The position numbers and the translations under genes were made by a program. The notes beneath the pieces were generated by a model that had not been told where the DNA came from, ran no database searches, and worked only from the letters and a program-made list of their open reading frames with translations. From positions 3,976-67,975 of the forward strand of contig JBNARC010000005.1 in NCBI GenBank assembly GCA_049719955.1: a DNA stretch of 64,000 nt, in the 5' to 3' direction. This stretch comes from Moorellales bacterium (lineage in GTDB: Bacteria > Bacillota > DSM-521 > Neomoorellales > SLTJ01). Shown one piece after another: positions 47,101 through 55,932 of this stretch; within the stretch, counting starts at the first letter, position 1, and every line of letters starts with the position of its first letter.

Positions 47101-47717
47101 GAGGAGCGGGAAACCTATTGGGGCCGGAGCAACACGGTCACATCCAGGCCGTAGGCTTTAACCTGTATTGTCAATTGCTGGAAGAAGCCATCAGGGAGCA
47201 GAAGCAGGGGGAAAAGCCCGAGATTGCGGCGGAGGCGCCCTCGCTGGAGTTGGCGGTAGATGCCTACCTCGACGACGGTTATGTACGGGCGGCGGGCCTG
47301 AAGATGGAGTTTTACCAGCGACTGCTGGCGGCCGAAACTCCAGAGGAAGTGGCGGCGTTGGAAGCGGAACTGAGAGACCGTTTTGGCGAGCCACCGGAAC
47401 CTACCGCCCGCCTGCTGACCCTAGCCCGCCTGAGGGCCCTGGCACGGCGTCTGGGAGTGGCGGGAGTGGAGCAACAGGGTCGGGAAGTAGTGGTGCGGTT
47501 CAACCGTGGCCACGTCTACCAGGGAGAAATGTTGCTGCGGTTGGCGCAGCGGTTCCCCCGGCGCTTGGCTTTTTCGACCAGCGGCGGCCTGACCATGCGG
47601 GTTAAGGTGCAGGATATGGACCAGGAAGGTCTGTTAAAGTTGTTGCAGGGCGTATTTACCGTCTTACACGAACTGGCTTCAGAAGCCCAGGCGGCCAAGA
47701 AAATCATGGGCGACTAA
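44157..47717 (+). CDS. mfd: Transcription-repair coupling factor
   Basis: 1186 aa with the CarD/RNAP-interaction region ([14 protein letters not shown]), the helicase motifs ([33 protein letters not shown]) and the TRG motif region. Confidence 0.97.
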   Translation: MPLAGLIEIISKSEEFRQTLQGFSGTVRRQLVYGLNDGAIGLWLAALYRQTRFSFLVVAPNVTEAQRLAGDLQTLVGSETQLFPAREVVPGEVIAQSPELESVRLAVLERIRQGRSLVVAPAEAAAQPLLPPEVLDQARLTIRRGEQMDWDELLARVEYLGYDRVDLVEVPGQYSVRGGLIDIYPRSAEHPVRVEFFGDEVASLRPFNPQTQRSTGEVPEVEIGPAREMLLPAPIWEKGVSEWEADLRAATERLSRRNRAAAQNLSRYLGERLERARQGLKGLRLDDLWVYFYPESRFLWHYFSPAPLVVLVEPARVAEGLDFIRRERLELYRALIEQGKALPRQARPEPDLQQLAVDWQKGPLLGFSPLPRSVAGISWQKVVSVRAKQPPQGLVGKPGLLTEMLRRWQAEGYTRVIILGGPQRARHLAEALREDGFSVVLDDGKKEGIPEGQTFVTWGGFSQGTELPDLRLVVLSETEVYGQQRRPRPLPVFREGARLASFTELAEGDYVVHIHHGIGRYQGIKRLTVGGVEKDYLLIQYAGEDRLYVPVDQISLVHKYIGSPDGQPPKLSRLSSSEWARVKSRVKSTVRDLAKELLELYATRETIIGHAYGPDTVWQQEFEEAFPYRETPDQLRAIAEVKADMQRPKPMDRLLCGDVGYGKTEVALRAAFKAVMENKQVAVLVPTTVLAQQHYRTFSERFAPYPVKVEVLSRFRTPKEQREIVRGLAQGQIDIVIGTHRLLSRDVKFKDLGLLIIDEEQRFGVTHKEKIKQLRRSVDVLTLSATPIPRTLHMSLVGVRDMSLIETAPEDRYPVQTYVVEYSEELVREAIRRELGRGGQVYFVHNRIADIEPVAARIKELVPEARVAVGHGRLPEEELEQVMVDFVEGRYDVLVCTTIIENGLDIPNVNTLIVDEADTFGLAQLYQLRGRVGRSNRVAYAYFTYRRDRVINPLAEKRLAAISEFTALGSGFKIALRDLELRGAGNLLGPEQHGHIQAVGFNLYCQLLEEAIREQKQGEKPEIAAEAPSLELAVDAYLDDGYVRAAGLKMEFYQRLLAAETPEEVAALEAELRDRFGEPPEPTARLLTLARLRALARRLGVAGVEQQGREVVVRFNRGHVYQGEMLLRLAQRFPRRLAFSTSGGLTMRVKVQDMDQEGLLKLLQGVFTVLHELASEAQAAKKIMGD

Positions 47718-47914
47718 GGCGGTGCCATTTGAGGCATTATTAAGGTGACACCGTCGGTTGTGCCGTGGTGCGGCACGATCGGTCAAAGGAGGCAAGGGAG
47801 CCGTTCTTAGGACGAAGTAAGATCCTTAGAGCGAGTTAGCAGATAAGAGCTAGGCCAAGCTACGAAGAGCTAGACAAGCCCTGATCCGGCGAGAGATTGG
47901 ATAATGGAAAAAAA

Positions 47915-47945
47915 TGAATAGCCATGGGAAAGGGGTTATATACTA
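47915..47945 (+). promoter_or_regulatory. Forespore sigma-G/sigma-F-type promoter for spoVT
   Basis: TGAATA (47915-47920), 18-nt spacer, TATACTA (47939-47945). The B. subtilis sigma-G consensus is GnATa-N17/18-CATacTA. spoVT is sigma-G dependent in B. subtilis. Confidence 0.5.
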
Positions 47946-47981
47946 ACAATGAAAAGTGGGGAAAAGGAGGGTAGTTTGGAC

Positions 47982-48548
47982 GTGAAGGCAACGGGTATCG
48001 TTAGGCGTATAGACGATCTCGGGCGGGTGGTGATACCCAAGGAAATTCGCCGTACCCTGCGCATTCGCGAGGGCGACCCGCTGGAGATCTTCGTGGACCG
48101 CGAGGGGGAGGTCATCCTCAAGAAGTACTCGCCCATCGGTGAGTTAGGCGATTTTGCCAAGGAATACGCCGACTCCCTTCACGAGGCTGTGGGACACATC
48201 GCCTGCATTGCCGACCGGGATAACATTATCGCCGTAGCCGGAGCGCCCAAGAAGGAATTTCTTAACCGGCCCGTCGGCCCGGCGGTAGAGAGGGTTATGG
48301 AGGAGCGCAAACCGGTGGTAATAAACACCCCGGGCGAGCACCTGTTGTGCAAGGACTGCCCGGTTCGCACCGAGGAAGATGAGAGCTGCCCGTTTAGCGC
48401 CGAGGTAATTGCCCCCATCGTGGCCGAGGGCGATCCGATAGGTGCGGTTATTCTGTGCTCTCGGGAGCCGGGGGTAAAGATGGGTGAGCTGGAGTTGAAG
48501 CTGGCGGAGACGGCCGCCGGATTCCTGGCCAAACAAATGGAACAGTAA
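47982..48548 (+). CDS. spoVT: Stage V sporulation protein T (AbrB-family regulator)
   Basis: KATGIVRRIDDLGRVVIPKEIRRTLRIREGDPLEIFVDREGEVILKKYSPIGELGDFAKEYADSL is almost colinear with B. subtilis SpoVT. GTG 47982 lies 10 nt after AAGGAGG; the ORF track opens at 47949. Confidence 0.93.
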   Translation: MKATGIVRRIDDLGRVVIPKEIRRTLRIREGDPLEIFVDREGEVILKKYSPIGELGDFAKEYADSLHEAVGHIACIADRDNIIAVAGAPKKEFLNRPVGPAVERVMEERKPVVINTPGEHLLCKDCPVRTEEDESCPFSAEVIAPIVAEGDPIGAVILCSREPGVKMGELELKLAETAAGFLAKQMEQ

Positions 48549-48622
48549 GGGAAACCCGAACGCAGGCGTCAGCGTTATGCTAAAATAGGGAGGTGGTATT
48601 TGGAGGTTCTGGAGGGATTAGA

Positions 48623-50131
48623 TTGGGCAAGCTATGGGTTGTGGGGCTGGGTCCGGGGGACGAGAAATTGCTTCCGCCGGTTAATTTTTCCCTATTAAAG
48701 AGGGTGCGGCCGATATACCTGCGGACCGCCCGGCACCCGGTGGTGCCCTGGTTGGAAGCCCAAGGAGTAGGCTTTGTAAGCTTCGATGGCTATTATGAGG
48801 AAGGGTCCACTTTTGAAGAGGTTTACCAAGCCATAGTGGAAACCTTGCTTCACGAGGCCCGGGAGAAGGGAGAGGTGGCCTACGCCGTACCTGGACATCC
48901 CCTGGTGGCGGAGGATACCGTGCGACGTCTGCTGGAGTTCTCGCAACAGGGAGAGGTCCAGGTGCAAATACTCCCGGCCATGAGCTGCCTGGACGCCATA
49001 TTTGGCGCCTTGCGGGTGGATCCGGCCGAAGGGGTGGCAGTGGTGGATGCCGGTCGGCTGGAGCGGGCCGACCTGAGTCCCGAGCTAAGCCTGGTAGTGC
49101 TCCAGGTGTACAACCGTCTGGTTGCTTCAGAGGTCAAGCTTGCATTGGCGCCGCTATACGGCGACGAGTGGACGGTCTATTTAGTGCGGGCGGCGGGAGT
49201 GCCGGGCGAAGAGAAAGTGGCCCGGCTTTCCCTATACGAGATCGATCGCCAGCCCTGGGTGGATCACCTGACTAGCCTGTATGTCCCCGCGATTTCCTCC
49301 GCCAATGGTTTCGGCCCCCCCGGCTCCCTGGCTACCCTCGAGGCGGTAATGGCCCGGCTGCGGGGACCCCAGGGTTGTCCTTGGGATCGGGCCCAGACCC
49401 ATAGGAGCCTTCGGCGTTATCTCTTGGAGGAGTGCTTTGAAACTCTTGAGGCCTTAGACGAAGGTGACCCGGAGCGCTTGAAGGAAGAATTAGGAGACTT
49501 GTTGCTCCAGGTGGTATTTCACGCCCGCATTGCTGAAGAAGCCGGCCACTTCAACCTGCGTGAAGTGGTAGCCGGCTTGGTAGAGAAGCTTTATCGCCGG
49601 CATCCTCATGTCTTCGGTAGGGGACAGGCCCGCACCCCCGAGGAGGTGCAAGATAATTGGCAGAGGATAAAGGAGAAAGAAAAGGGCCGTTCACCTTCTC
49701 TGCTGGGGGGCGTGCCCAGGGAACTGCCGGCCCTGGCCCGGGCCCAGAAACTCCAAGAACGGGCGGCGGCGGTGGGTTTTGACTGGCCGGAAGTGGCCGG
49801 GGTGTGGGAGAAACTCCGGGAAGAGGAAGAAGAACTGGCGGCTGCGGTCGCAGCCGGTCACCAAGCCGAGGTGGAGGCCGAACTGGGCGACCTTCTGTTT
49901 GCCGTGGTGAACCTGGCGCGGTTCTTGAAAGTAGACGCGGAGGGCGCCCTGCGGGCGAGCATCCAGCGGTTCGTGCGGCGTTTCGGATACCTGGAGGAAC
50001 ATTGTCGCCGGCAAGGCCGTAGGCCGGAAGAGCTTAGTTTGGCGGAAATGGACCGGCTTTGGGAGGAAGCCAAGGCCCGAGAAAGTAAAAATTTTTGCGG
50101 GTCGGGACCGCGACAGCAGGAGAATTCTTGA
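48623..50131 (+). CDS. mazG: YabN-type fusion protein: tetrapyrrole-methylase-like domain plus MazG nucleotide pyrophosphohydrolase
   Basis: [12 protein letters not shown] (methylase fold) at the N-terminus. The tandem MazG repeats are [14 protein letters not shown]...[12 protein letters not shown] and [10 protein letters not shown]...[13 protein letters not shown]. The start is TTG 48623 (after GGAGGG) or GTG 48593. Confidence 0.85.
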   Translation: MGKLWVVGLGPGDEKLLPPVNFSLLKRVRPIYLRTARHPVVPWLEAQGVGFVSFDGYYEEGSTFEEVYQAIVETLLHEAREKGEVAYAVPGHPLVAEDTVRRLLEFSQQGEVQVQILPAMSCLDAIFGALRVDPAEGVAVVDAGRLERADLSPELSLVVLQVYNRLVASEVKLALAPLYGDEWTVYLVRAAGVPGEEKVARLSLYEIDRQPWVDHLTSLYVPAISSANGFGPPGSLATLEAVMARLRGPQGCPWDRAQTHRSLRRYLLEECFETLEALDEGDPERLKEELGDLLLQVVFHARIAEEAGHFNLREVVAGLVEKLYRRHPHVFGRGQARTPEEVQDNWQRIKEKEKGRSPSLLGGVPRELPALARAQKLQERAAAVGFDWPEVAGVWEKLREEEEELAAAVAAGHQAEVEAELGDLLFAVVNLARFLKVDAEGALRASIQRFVRRFGYLEEHCRRQGRRPEELSLAEMDRLWEEAKARESKNFCGSGPRQQENS

Positions 50132-50189
50132 GGGCAGCGAAGCATATACACAAACATTTACCAGACTCCGCCAAAGGAGTGATCGGTTG

Positions 50190-50465
50190 ATGAACAAAAT
50201 GGATCTGATTAACAGCGTGGCCGAGAAGACAGAAATGACCAAGAAGGATGCCGAAAAGGTCATCAATGCCGTATTCGACAGCATCGGCGAAGCCCTGGCG
50301 AACGGAGAGAAGGTTCAATTGGTGGGGTTTGGCACCTTTGAGGTCAGGGAAAGAGCCGCGCGTACCGGGCGTAACCCGCGTACCGGGGAGGAGATTTCCA
50401 TCCCCGCCACCCGCGTACCGACCTTCAAGCCGGGTAAGACTTTGCGAGAAACCGTGGGAGCCTAG
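50190..50465 (+). CDS. hup: DNA-binding protein HU
   Basis: [36 protein letters not shown]...[38 protein letters not shown]. Confidence 0.95.
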   Translation: MNKMDLINSVAEKTEMTKKDAEKVINAVFDSIGEALANGEKVQLVGFGTFEVRERAARTGRNPRTGEEISIPATRVPTFKPGKTLRETVGA

Positions 50466-50729
50466 TTGAGGGTAGACAAGTTCCTGCAAGTATCGCGTTT
50501 GCTCCGGCGGAGGGTACTGGCTAAGGAGGCTTGCCTGGCGGGTCGGGTCCGGGTAAACGGGCGTACGGCCAAACCGGGTACCGAGGTTAAAGCCGGGGAC
50601 GTGTTGTTTATTGACTGGGGCCACAGGCAACTGGAAATTGAAATCCTGGCCTTGGGCCCGGCCACCAAACGCGATTCTTCCTCTCTTTATAGGGTCCTAA
50701 GAGAGAGCAAGCAGGATTTGCCGTCATAG
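50466..50729 (+). CDS. yabO: S4-domain RNA-binding protein (YabO/Hsp15-like)
   Basis: MRVDKFLQVSRLLRRRVLAKEACLAGRVRVNGRTAKPGTEVKAGD. Its position matches B. subtilis yabO. Confidence 0.85.
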   Translation: MRVDKFLQVSRLLRRRVLAKEACLAGRVRVNGRTAKPGTEVKAGDVLFIDWGHRQLEIEILALGPATKRDSSSLYRVLRESKQDLPS

Positions 50730-50773
50730 ATCTCCTCCTGCGCAGCCATTCTTATGGTAGGAGGTCGGACAGC

Positions 50774-51694
50774 ATGAGACGGCTGATCCTGCTTATTTTA
50801 TGCCTGCTGACAGTATCCGCGTTGTTCCCCGCTTGTGTCCGTCGTCCCGGCCTGCCCGCCCGCGAGCCCCTGATTTCCCTTTACGTTAAGGAAAGAGGTA
50901 CGGTGGAGCGCATTAAGCTGGAAGACTACTTGGTGGGAGTAGTGGCCGGGGAGATGGATCCCACCTGGCCGGTTAACGCTTTGGCGGCTCAGGCCATTTT
51001 GGCGCGGACCTTCACCCTGAAAAAGATGTCCGAAGGCGGGGTGAAGGCCCACGGCACCGACGCCTCCACCGACGAGAAAGAATTTCAGGCCTATGCCCCG
51101 GAAAAGGCCAACGAAACCGTCCGACAGGCGGTAAACCTAACCCGGGGGCTGGTTTGCACCTACCGGGGGCGTTACATTAACGGCTGGTTTCATGCCGACG
51201 CCGGGGGACGAACTGCGGCCAGCGCCGCCGAGGGCCTGGCCTATGATCGGGAACCCGCCCCTTACGTGCACAGCGTGGCCGATCCCGGCTTCTCCTCTTC
51301 TCCTCCCGAGAACCGCGCCTGGCGGGCAACCTTTCCCTGGACGGAGGTTAGGCGGGCGGTACGAGCAGTTATGGGGCGCGACCCCGGCCCCAACCCTTCG
51401 GCGGCCATAGTAAGTCGGGGTCCTTCGGGAAGGGCCACCTCCATTCGGGTGGGTGAGGTGACCGTCAGCGGCCCGGCCCTCCGACTGGCCTTGGGCAGCG
51501 AGAGGATGCGCTCCACCCTACTGACGGGGTTGGCCGTACGCAACGGCAGCCTGGTAGTGGAAGGCCGGGGCTTCGGTCACGGCGTGGGCATGAGCCAGTG
51601 GGGCGCTAAGGTGCTGGCGGAACAGGGCAAAAGCCCGGAGGAAATTATCCGCTATTTCTTCCGGGACGTAAAGATAGAGCGGGCCTGGCGTTAG
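50774..51694 (+). CDS. spoIID: Stage II sporulation protein D (lytic transglycosylase)
   Basis: Signal/TM segment, then LEDYLVGVVAGEM...ALAAQAILARTF, then YHADAGGRT and GFGHGVGMSQWGA. Confidence 0.9.
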   Translation: MRRLILLILCLLTVSALFPACVRRPGLPAREPLISLYVKERGTVERIKLEDYLVGVVAGEMDPTWPVNALAAQAILARTFTLKKMSEGGVKAHGTDASTDEKEFQAYAPEKANETVRQAVNLTRGLVCTYRGRYINGWFHADAGGRTAASAAEGLAYDREPAPYVHSVADPGFSSSPPENRAWRATFPWTEVRRAVRAVMGRDPGPNPSAAIVSRGPSGRATSIRVGEVTVSGPALRLALGSERMRSTLLTGLAVRNGSLVVEGRGFGHGVGMSQWGAKVLAEQGKSPEEIIRYFFRDVKIERAWR

Positions 51695-51785
51695 CCGGCC
51701 ACGGGCCGGTCGCCCGTTCCTGGGTTGGAGGCATTGAGGGATCGGTCGGGGCGTATCATGTCTATGGGGGAGCGGGGGTGGGAAA

Positions 51786-52055
51786 ATGGAGAACCGGCAC
51801 CAGCTCAGCCTGAGTGATCGGCGGGAGCTCACGGTCAGCGGGGTAACCCATGTGGATCACTATCACGGCCGAGAGGTGGTAGTGGCCACCAGTCTGGGGT
51901 TTCTGGTGGTTACCGGAGAGGAACTGAGTATTGAGCATCTCAATCTGGAAGACGGCATTCTCAAGCTAAAGGGGCTGATTAGCGGCCTCACCTACAGCGA
52001 ACAAGAGAGGGGTGCGGGCCGGGGCCAGAGCCGGTGGCGCCGGCTGTGGCGGTAA
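51786..52055 (+). CDS. yabP: Sporulation protein YabP
   Basis: HQLSLSDRRELTVSGVTHVDHYHGREVVVATSLGFLVVTGEELSIEHLNLEDGILKLKG. Confidence 0.9.
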   Translation: MENRHQLSLSDRRELTVSGVTHVDHYHGREVVVATSLGFLVVTGEELSIEHLNLEDGILKLKGLISGLTYSEQERGAGRGQSRWRRLWR

Positions 52056-52059
52056 AGCC

Positions 52060-52389
52060 ATGGGGGGACAGGCAAGCCTGCTGGCGGCCACCTGTCTTAT
52101 GGGGTTGGTCGCGGGCGGGACTTTTGACCTTTTGGGACGGCTGAGTCGGCGTTGGAGCCGGAAGGCGAGGTTCGTCGCCGATCTCGGGCTGTGGATGCTG
52201 CTGGCGGCAGCTCTGTTCGGGCTGCTATGGCACCTGGCGGCCGGGCAGGTACGCTTTTCTGCTTTCTTGGGAATGGGTTTGGGGTGGTGGGGTTACCGAC
52301 GTTTTCTGGCCGGACAATGGTCACCGAATAGAAAATCACCTCCCGTCTCGGGAGGGAAGGAGGAAAATGAGGCTTCACGCCGAAGATAA
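52060..52389 (+). CDS. yabQ: Spore cortex biosynthesis protein YabQ
   Basis: Small membrane protein: GLVAGGTFDLLGRLSRRW...ADLGLWMLLAAALFGLLWHLAAGQVRFSAFLGMGLGWWGY. ATG 52060; the ORF track opens at 52012. Confidence 0.8.
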   Translation: MGGQASLLAATCLMGLVAGGTFDLLGRLSRRWSRKARFVADLGLWMLLAAALFGLLWHLAAGQVRFSAFLGMGLGWWGYRRFLAGQWSPNRKSPPVSGGKEENEASRRR

Positions 52390-52423
52390 TTTTGTAATTT
52401 ATCTGTACCAGATTTGTACCTAA

Positions 52424-52675
52424 TTGCGGTGGTGGGGCTGCCTGCACCTAGAGATACGTGGCCTCGAAAAACTTAGCTTTCGCGAGCGACAAGTAGTGAC
52501 CCTAAAAGAAATGGGGTTGAGTAACGAGGAAATCTCTCGCCGTTTGGGCATCGGTCCGGCCTCAGTAGCCACCCTCTACCGTCGAGCCCGGACCAAGGGT
52601 TATCAGGTGGTCTTAGTGCTGCCGGAAGAGTATCTGGGGCTGCCCGAGGTGGAAGAAGCGGAGGAGCCTTCGTGA
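52424..52675 (+). CDS. Small LuxR/sigma-70-region-4-type helix-turn-helix protein
   Basis: LSFRERQVVTLKEMGLSNEEISRRLGIGPASVATLYRRARTKG. The only in-frame start is TTG 52424, and it has no obvious SD. Its stop overlaps the divIC start (GTGA). Confidence 0.55.
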   Translation: MRWWGCLHLEIRGLEKLSFRERQVVTLKEMGLSNEEISRRLGIGPASVATLYRRARTKGYQVVLVLPEEYLGLPEVEEAEEPS

Positions 52676-53136
52676 GCATGCGGAACCGGTCGGCACCGGG
52701 CGCTTCCTCGCGGACATGGGCACCTCGCCGAGTACCGAGCCTCAGCGCGGTTGGCGGGCTGACACGAACGGGGAAGGTCTGGTCCCGTCGAGAGCAAAGC
52801 GGGATTATGTTGGGCGGCGCCTCACCTTCGAAGGGCAAAGAGGGGCGGGGGGCGCGGCGCCCGCCTTTCCGGGGGCGCGCCTTGCTCCTGCTGCTGATCC
52901 TGGGATACTGCTTGGTGCTCAGTCTGCGCAGCGAGTGGCAAATCTATCGGCTAAAGCGGGAGTTGGCCCAGGTGGAAGCTACGCGCCAGGAGTTGCTGCT
53001 TAAGCGGCAGGCCCTAGAAAGGGAAAAACAGCGCCTCAACGACCCGGTTTACCTGGAGGGAGTGGTACGGGAGGAATTGGGTTTGGTCCGGCCGGGCGAG
53101 GTGTTGGTGGTGCCGGGGGATCGACTGGCGCCCTAA
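52672..53136 (+). CDS. divIC: Septum formation initiator DivIC/FtsB family
   Basis: TM segment LLLLLILGYCLVL, then the coiled coil YRLKRELAQVEATRQELLLKRQALEREKQRLNDPVYLEGVVREELGLVRPGE. GTG 52672 lies 5 nt after GGAGGAG. ATG 52807 is an alternative start. Confidence 0.8.
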   Translation: MSMRNRSAPGASSRTWAPRRVPSLSAVGGLTRTGKVWSRREQSGIMLGGASPSKGKEGRGARRPPFRGRALLLLLILGYCLVLSLRSEWQIYRLKRELAQVEATRQELLLKRQALEREKQRLNDPVYLEGVVREELGLVRPGEVLVVPGDRLAP

Positions 53137-53162
53137 GCGACAGGCAGAAGCGCCCGCACGTA

Positions 53163-53206
53163 TTGACAGTCGGGAATCGGCTCCGTATAATGAGGCTAGC
53201 CTCATT
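53163..53206 (+). promoter_or_regulatory. Consensus sigma-A promoter for yabR with an abutting 18-bp perfect palindrome
   Basis: TTGACA (53163-53168), 17-nt spacer, TATAAT (53186-53191). AATGAGGCTAGCCTCATT (53189-53206) is a perfect inverted repeat that overlaps the -10 and the expected transcription start. Confidence 0.6.
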
Positions 53207-53231
53207 TCGGTTAGGGGGAATCTTCGGCAAT

Positions 53232-53615
53232 ATGGCCCTGGCAGTCGGCACGGTGGTTGAGGGCGTGGTGACCGGCATCACCAAGTTCGGCGCCTTTGTG
53301 CAGCTTCCCACGGGAGAAACCGGACTGGTACACATTTCCGAGGTTGCCAACACCTACGTGAAGGATGTTAAAGACTATCTCAAAGAGCAAGACCGAGTAA
53401 AAGTCAAGATTATTCATATTGACGAGCGCGGTCGAATCGGGCTTTCCATTAAGCAAGCCGATCCGGCCTACGAGGCCAGGCCTCGACGGTCTCGTCCGGC
53501 CTATAATCCTACCTTCGAGGAAAAGCTGGCCCGCTTCCTTAAGGAGAGTGAGGACAGGTTGCAAGATCTAAAGCGAAGCGTGGACGGCAAGCGCGGTGGC
53601 CGTGGCGCCCGGTAG
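53232..53615 (+). CDS. yabR: S1-domain RNA-binding protein YabR
   Basis: VGTVVEGVVTGITKFGAFVQLPTGETGLVHISEVANTYVKDVKDYLKEQDRVKVKII. ATG 53232 lies downstream of the promoter; the ORF track's 53163 start lies inside the -35. Confidence 0.88.
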   Translation: MALAVGTVVEGVVTGITKFGAFVQLPTGETGLVHISEVANTYVKDVKDYLKEQDRVKVKIIHIDERGRIGLSIKQADPAYEARPRRSRPAYNPTFEEKLARFLKESEDRLQDLKRSVDGKRGGRGAR

Positions 53616-53620
53616 GATCT

Positions 53621-53648
53621 AACCCTCCGCAAGGAGGGTTTAGTTTTT
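53621..53648 (+). terminator. Rho-independent terminator after yabR
   Basis: AACCCTCC-GCAA-GGAGGGTT followed by TAGTTTTT. Confidence 0.7.
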
Positions 53649-53728
53649 GAAGGCAGGGGGCGGCGTGTCTGGAGGCAAGAGACCGGCCGCGAGCAGCCGT
53701 TGACATCGGGACCAACTCCGTTCGCCTC

Positions 53729-54571
53729 TTGGTGGCTCGAGTGGAGCAGGGAAGGGTTGTTCCCTTATGTCGGCGGCTGGTTAGTACCCGACTAGGTGAG
53801 GGGCTGGAGCCGGGAGCGCCGTTAACCGAGGCGGCGCGGCGACGCACCTTGGCGGCTCTAGCCGGCTTTGTCCAGGTGATGGCCCATTTTCGGCCGGCGA
53901 CGGTACAGGCGGTAGCCACCAGCGCCGCCCGGGAAGCCAGGGATGGCGCCGAATTCGCCGCTACGGCCGGCCGGGTATTGGGAGCACCGGTAAGGGTGAT
54001 CAGTGGAGAAGAGGAGGCCAGGCTTAGCTACCTGGGTGCGGTCACCGGCCTTGGCCTGGAACGGGCGGTAGTAGTGGACATCGGCGGCGGAAGCACGGAG
54101 TTCACCTATCCCTGTAATCACACCCTGGTATCTCATTCCTACCCGGTAGGCGCGGTACGGTGCACCGCCGGGGGGAACTCGCGAGAAGAGGTGGAAAAGC
54201 TTCTGGCGCCGGTTGCCCACGGTGTTCCTCCGGAGTTGCCTTTAGTGGGAGTAGGCGGTACGGTTACCACCCTGGCCGCGGTGCAGATGCGCCTTGACCC
54301 CTACGACCCGGAGCGGGTACACGGAAGTCGCCTTTCTGCCGGGGCTGTGGACCGGCTTTACGCCTACCTGGCCAGCCTGGCGCCGAGCGAGCGACGGCAG
54401 GTCCCCGGCCTTCAGCCGGAACGGGCAGACATTATCCTGGCCGGAACCATGATTCTGCAAGTGCTGCTGGCCTGCCTCAGGCGCCCGGAAATCGTGGTGA
54501 GCGAAGCCGATCTGCTCTACGCGCTAATCCTGACCCCGGAACTGGCGGACTTGGCATCCGCCTGGAGCTGA
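53729..54571 (+). CDS. Ppx/GppA-family phosphatase (start unresolved)
   Basis: SGEEEARLSYLGAV and VVDIGGGSTEF (ASKHA motifs). The first phosphate-binding motif AAVDIGTNSVRLLV is encoded in-frame upstream of the first canonical start (TTG 53729). Confidence 0.7.
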   Translation: MVARVEQGRVVPLCRRLVSTRLGEGLEPGAPLTEAARRRTLAALAGFVQVMAHFRPATVQAVATSAAREARDGAEFAATAGRVLGAPVRVISGEEEARLSYLGAVTGLGLERAVVVDIGGGSTEFTYPCNHTLVSHSYPVGAVRCTAGGNSREEVEKLLAPVAHGVPPELPLVGVGGTVTTLAAVQMRLDPYDPERVHGSRLSAGAVDRLYAYLASLAPSERRQVPGLQPERADIILAGTMILQVLLACLRRPEIVVSEADLLYALILTPELADLASAWS

Positions 54572-55335
54572 CGCTGGCTTTCGGGCGCGAGTTCCCCGTT
54601 GGCCTCTAACCCCCGTAGATGCTGCCAATAGGCGGCGGCGCGGGCCGTCTGAGGTCCGTAGCGGCCGTCGGCATAGGACCAGTAGAGTCCCAGGGACTTA
54701 AGAGCCAATTGAACCTGTACCACATCCGGCCCCACCATGCCGGCCTTCAACCGGCGCGCCGACCAGCCCGGTGGTAGGGCCGGTTCTCCGGTTATCTTCA
54801 CCGGCGTACCCAGGGGTACCCAAGGATATAGCTCTTCCACGTCACGGTTGAACATGCGCACGCACCCGTGTGATTCCGCCCGGCCGATGGATTGGGGCCG
54901 GTTGGTGCCGTGGATGCCGTATGTACCCCAAGGAACGTTAAGCCCCAGCCAGCGGGTGCCGAATCCGCCTCCCCAACTCAGGCTTTTGTGCACTATTCGC
55001 CATTCTCCCACCGGGGTGGGGGTGCTGCGCTTGCCCACGCATACCGGATAGGTTTTGAACGGACGACCTTCCGCCAGGAGAGTGAGGGTATGCCGGTTGA
55101 TGTCGACAAGAAGGCTGATCCGTCCCTGAGGGGAGTCTTTTGGCCGGCGCTCAGGGTTGGTCGACGATTGTACGGCCGAGGGGGCGGGGGATGGAATCGC
55201 CGGGGACGAAGGGGGAGAAAGGAAACGATAGACCTCCGGGCACCCGAACGGCGACTGCTCTTGGGCGACCGCTACCGTTCCCGATAGGACTGATCCAAGA
55301 AGTAGGCAACATACCCATAACCAGGTCCACCCCAC
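54517..55335 (-). CDS. L,D-transpeptidase (YkuD domain) with a C-terminal peptidoglycan-binding domain
   Basis: YPVCVGKRSTPTPVGEW...GIHGTNRPQSIGRAESHGCVRM (catalytic HGC) and PDVVQVQLALKSLGLY...DGRYGPQTARAAAYWQ (PG_binding_1). An N-terminal signal peptide is present. Confidence 0.85.
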   Translation of the reverse strand: MGWTWLWVCCLLLGSVLSGTVAVAQEQSPFGCPEVYRFLSPPSSPAIPSPAPSAVQSSTNPERRPKDSPQGRISLLVDINRHTLTLLAEGRPFKTYPVCVGKRSTPTPVGEWRIVHKSLSWGGGFGTRWLGLNVPWGTYGIHGTNRPQSIGRAESHGCVRMFNRDVEELYPWVPLGTPVKITGEPALPPGWSARRLKAGMVGPDVVQVQLALKSLGLYWSYADGRYGPQTARAAAYWQHLRGLEANGELAPESQRQLQADAKSASSGVRISA

Positions 55336-55419
55336 ATTTCAACACCTCCGGCACCTAAGGTTACCCCAGATAATGGCGGTTATGCGGGGCAATACTAGAA
55401 GCGAAAACAACAAGGAGAG

Positions 55420-55866
55420 GTGGACGTGGATAGCCGAATAGGTTTCTTGTTGTTGGCGGGCCTGGCCGGTGCGGCCATGGCTTTCCAGGGTTCGCTAAAC
55501 ACCGTCCTGGGTAGGGTTACCGGGCTGATGCCGGCCACCCTGGCGGTGCACGCTGTGGGTGCGGCGACCGCCGCCCTGTTATTGCTGTTTCCGTTAGGGG
55601 AGGCAAGCCTCGCCAAACTGCTTCAGGCGCCCTGGTACGCCTACCTGGGGGGTGTACTAGGAGTGCTGATAATATATAGCGTGGTGGCCAGTATCCCCCG
55701 GTTGGGGGTGGCAGTGGCCACTACGGCCATCATTGTGGGCCAGGTTGGGCTGGCCATGCTAATCGATCACTACGGGCTGTTCGGGCTGCAGAAGGCACCC
55801 TTTACCTGGCTCAAGCTGGGAGGTCTAGCCCTTCTGGCCATCGGCGCCCGACTTATGCTCAACTAG
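55420..55866 (+). CDS. DMT-superfamily small membrane transporter (YdcZ/DUF606-like)
   Basis: 148 aa with five predicted TM segments and GSLNTVLGRVTG near the N-terminus. Confidence 0.65.
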   Translation: MDVDSRIGFLLLAGLAGAAMAFQGSLNTVLGRVTGLMPATLAVHAVGAATAALLLLFPLGEASLAKLLQAPWYAYLGGVLGVLIIYSVVASIPRLGVAVATTAIIVGQVGLAMLIDHYGLFGLQKAPFTWLKLGGLALLAIGARLMLN

Positions 55867-55879
55867 GCCGGAATCCCGC

Positions 55880-55908
55880 TTGACAAATCGCCGGCGGGAA
55901 CACATAAT
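55880..55908 (+). promoter_or_regulatory. Sigma-A-type promoter for tRNA-Met
   Basis: TTGACA (55880-55885), 17-nt spacer, CATAAT (55903-55908). Confidence 0.55.
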
Positions 55909-55932
55909 CTTTATTGGAGGAACGATCAACGT

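Noticed and set aside
48573-48596. A third copy of the tup operator, because CGTTATGCTAAAAT recurs upstream of mazG/yabN.
   Set aside because: Only the left half, which coincides with the TRTG plus -10 promoter consensus, is present. The right half-site CATAACG is missing.
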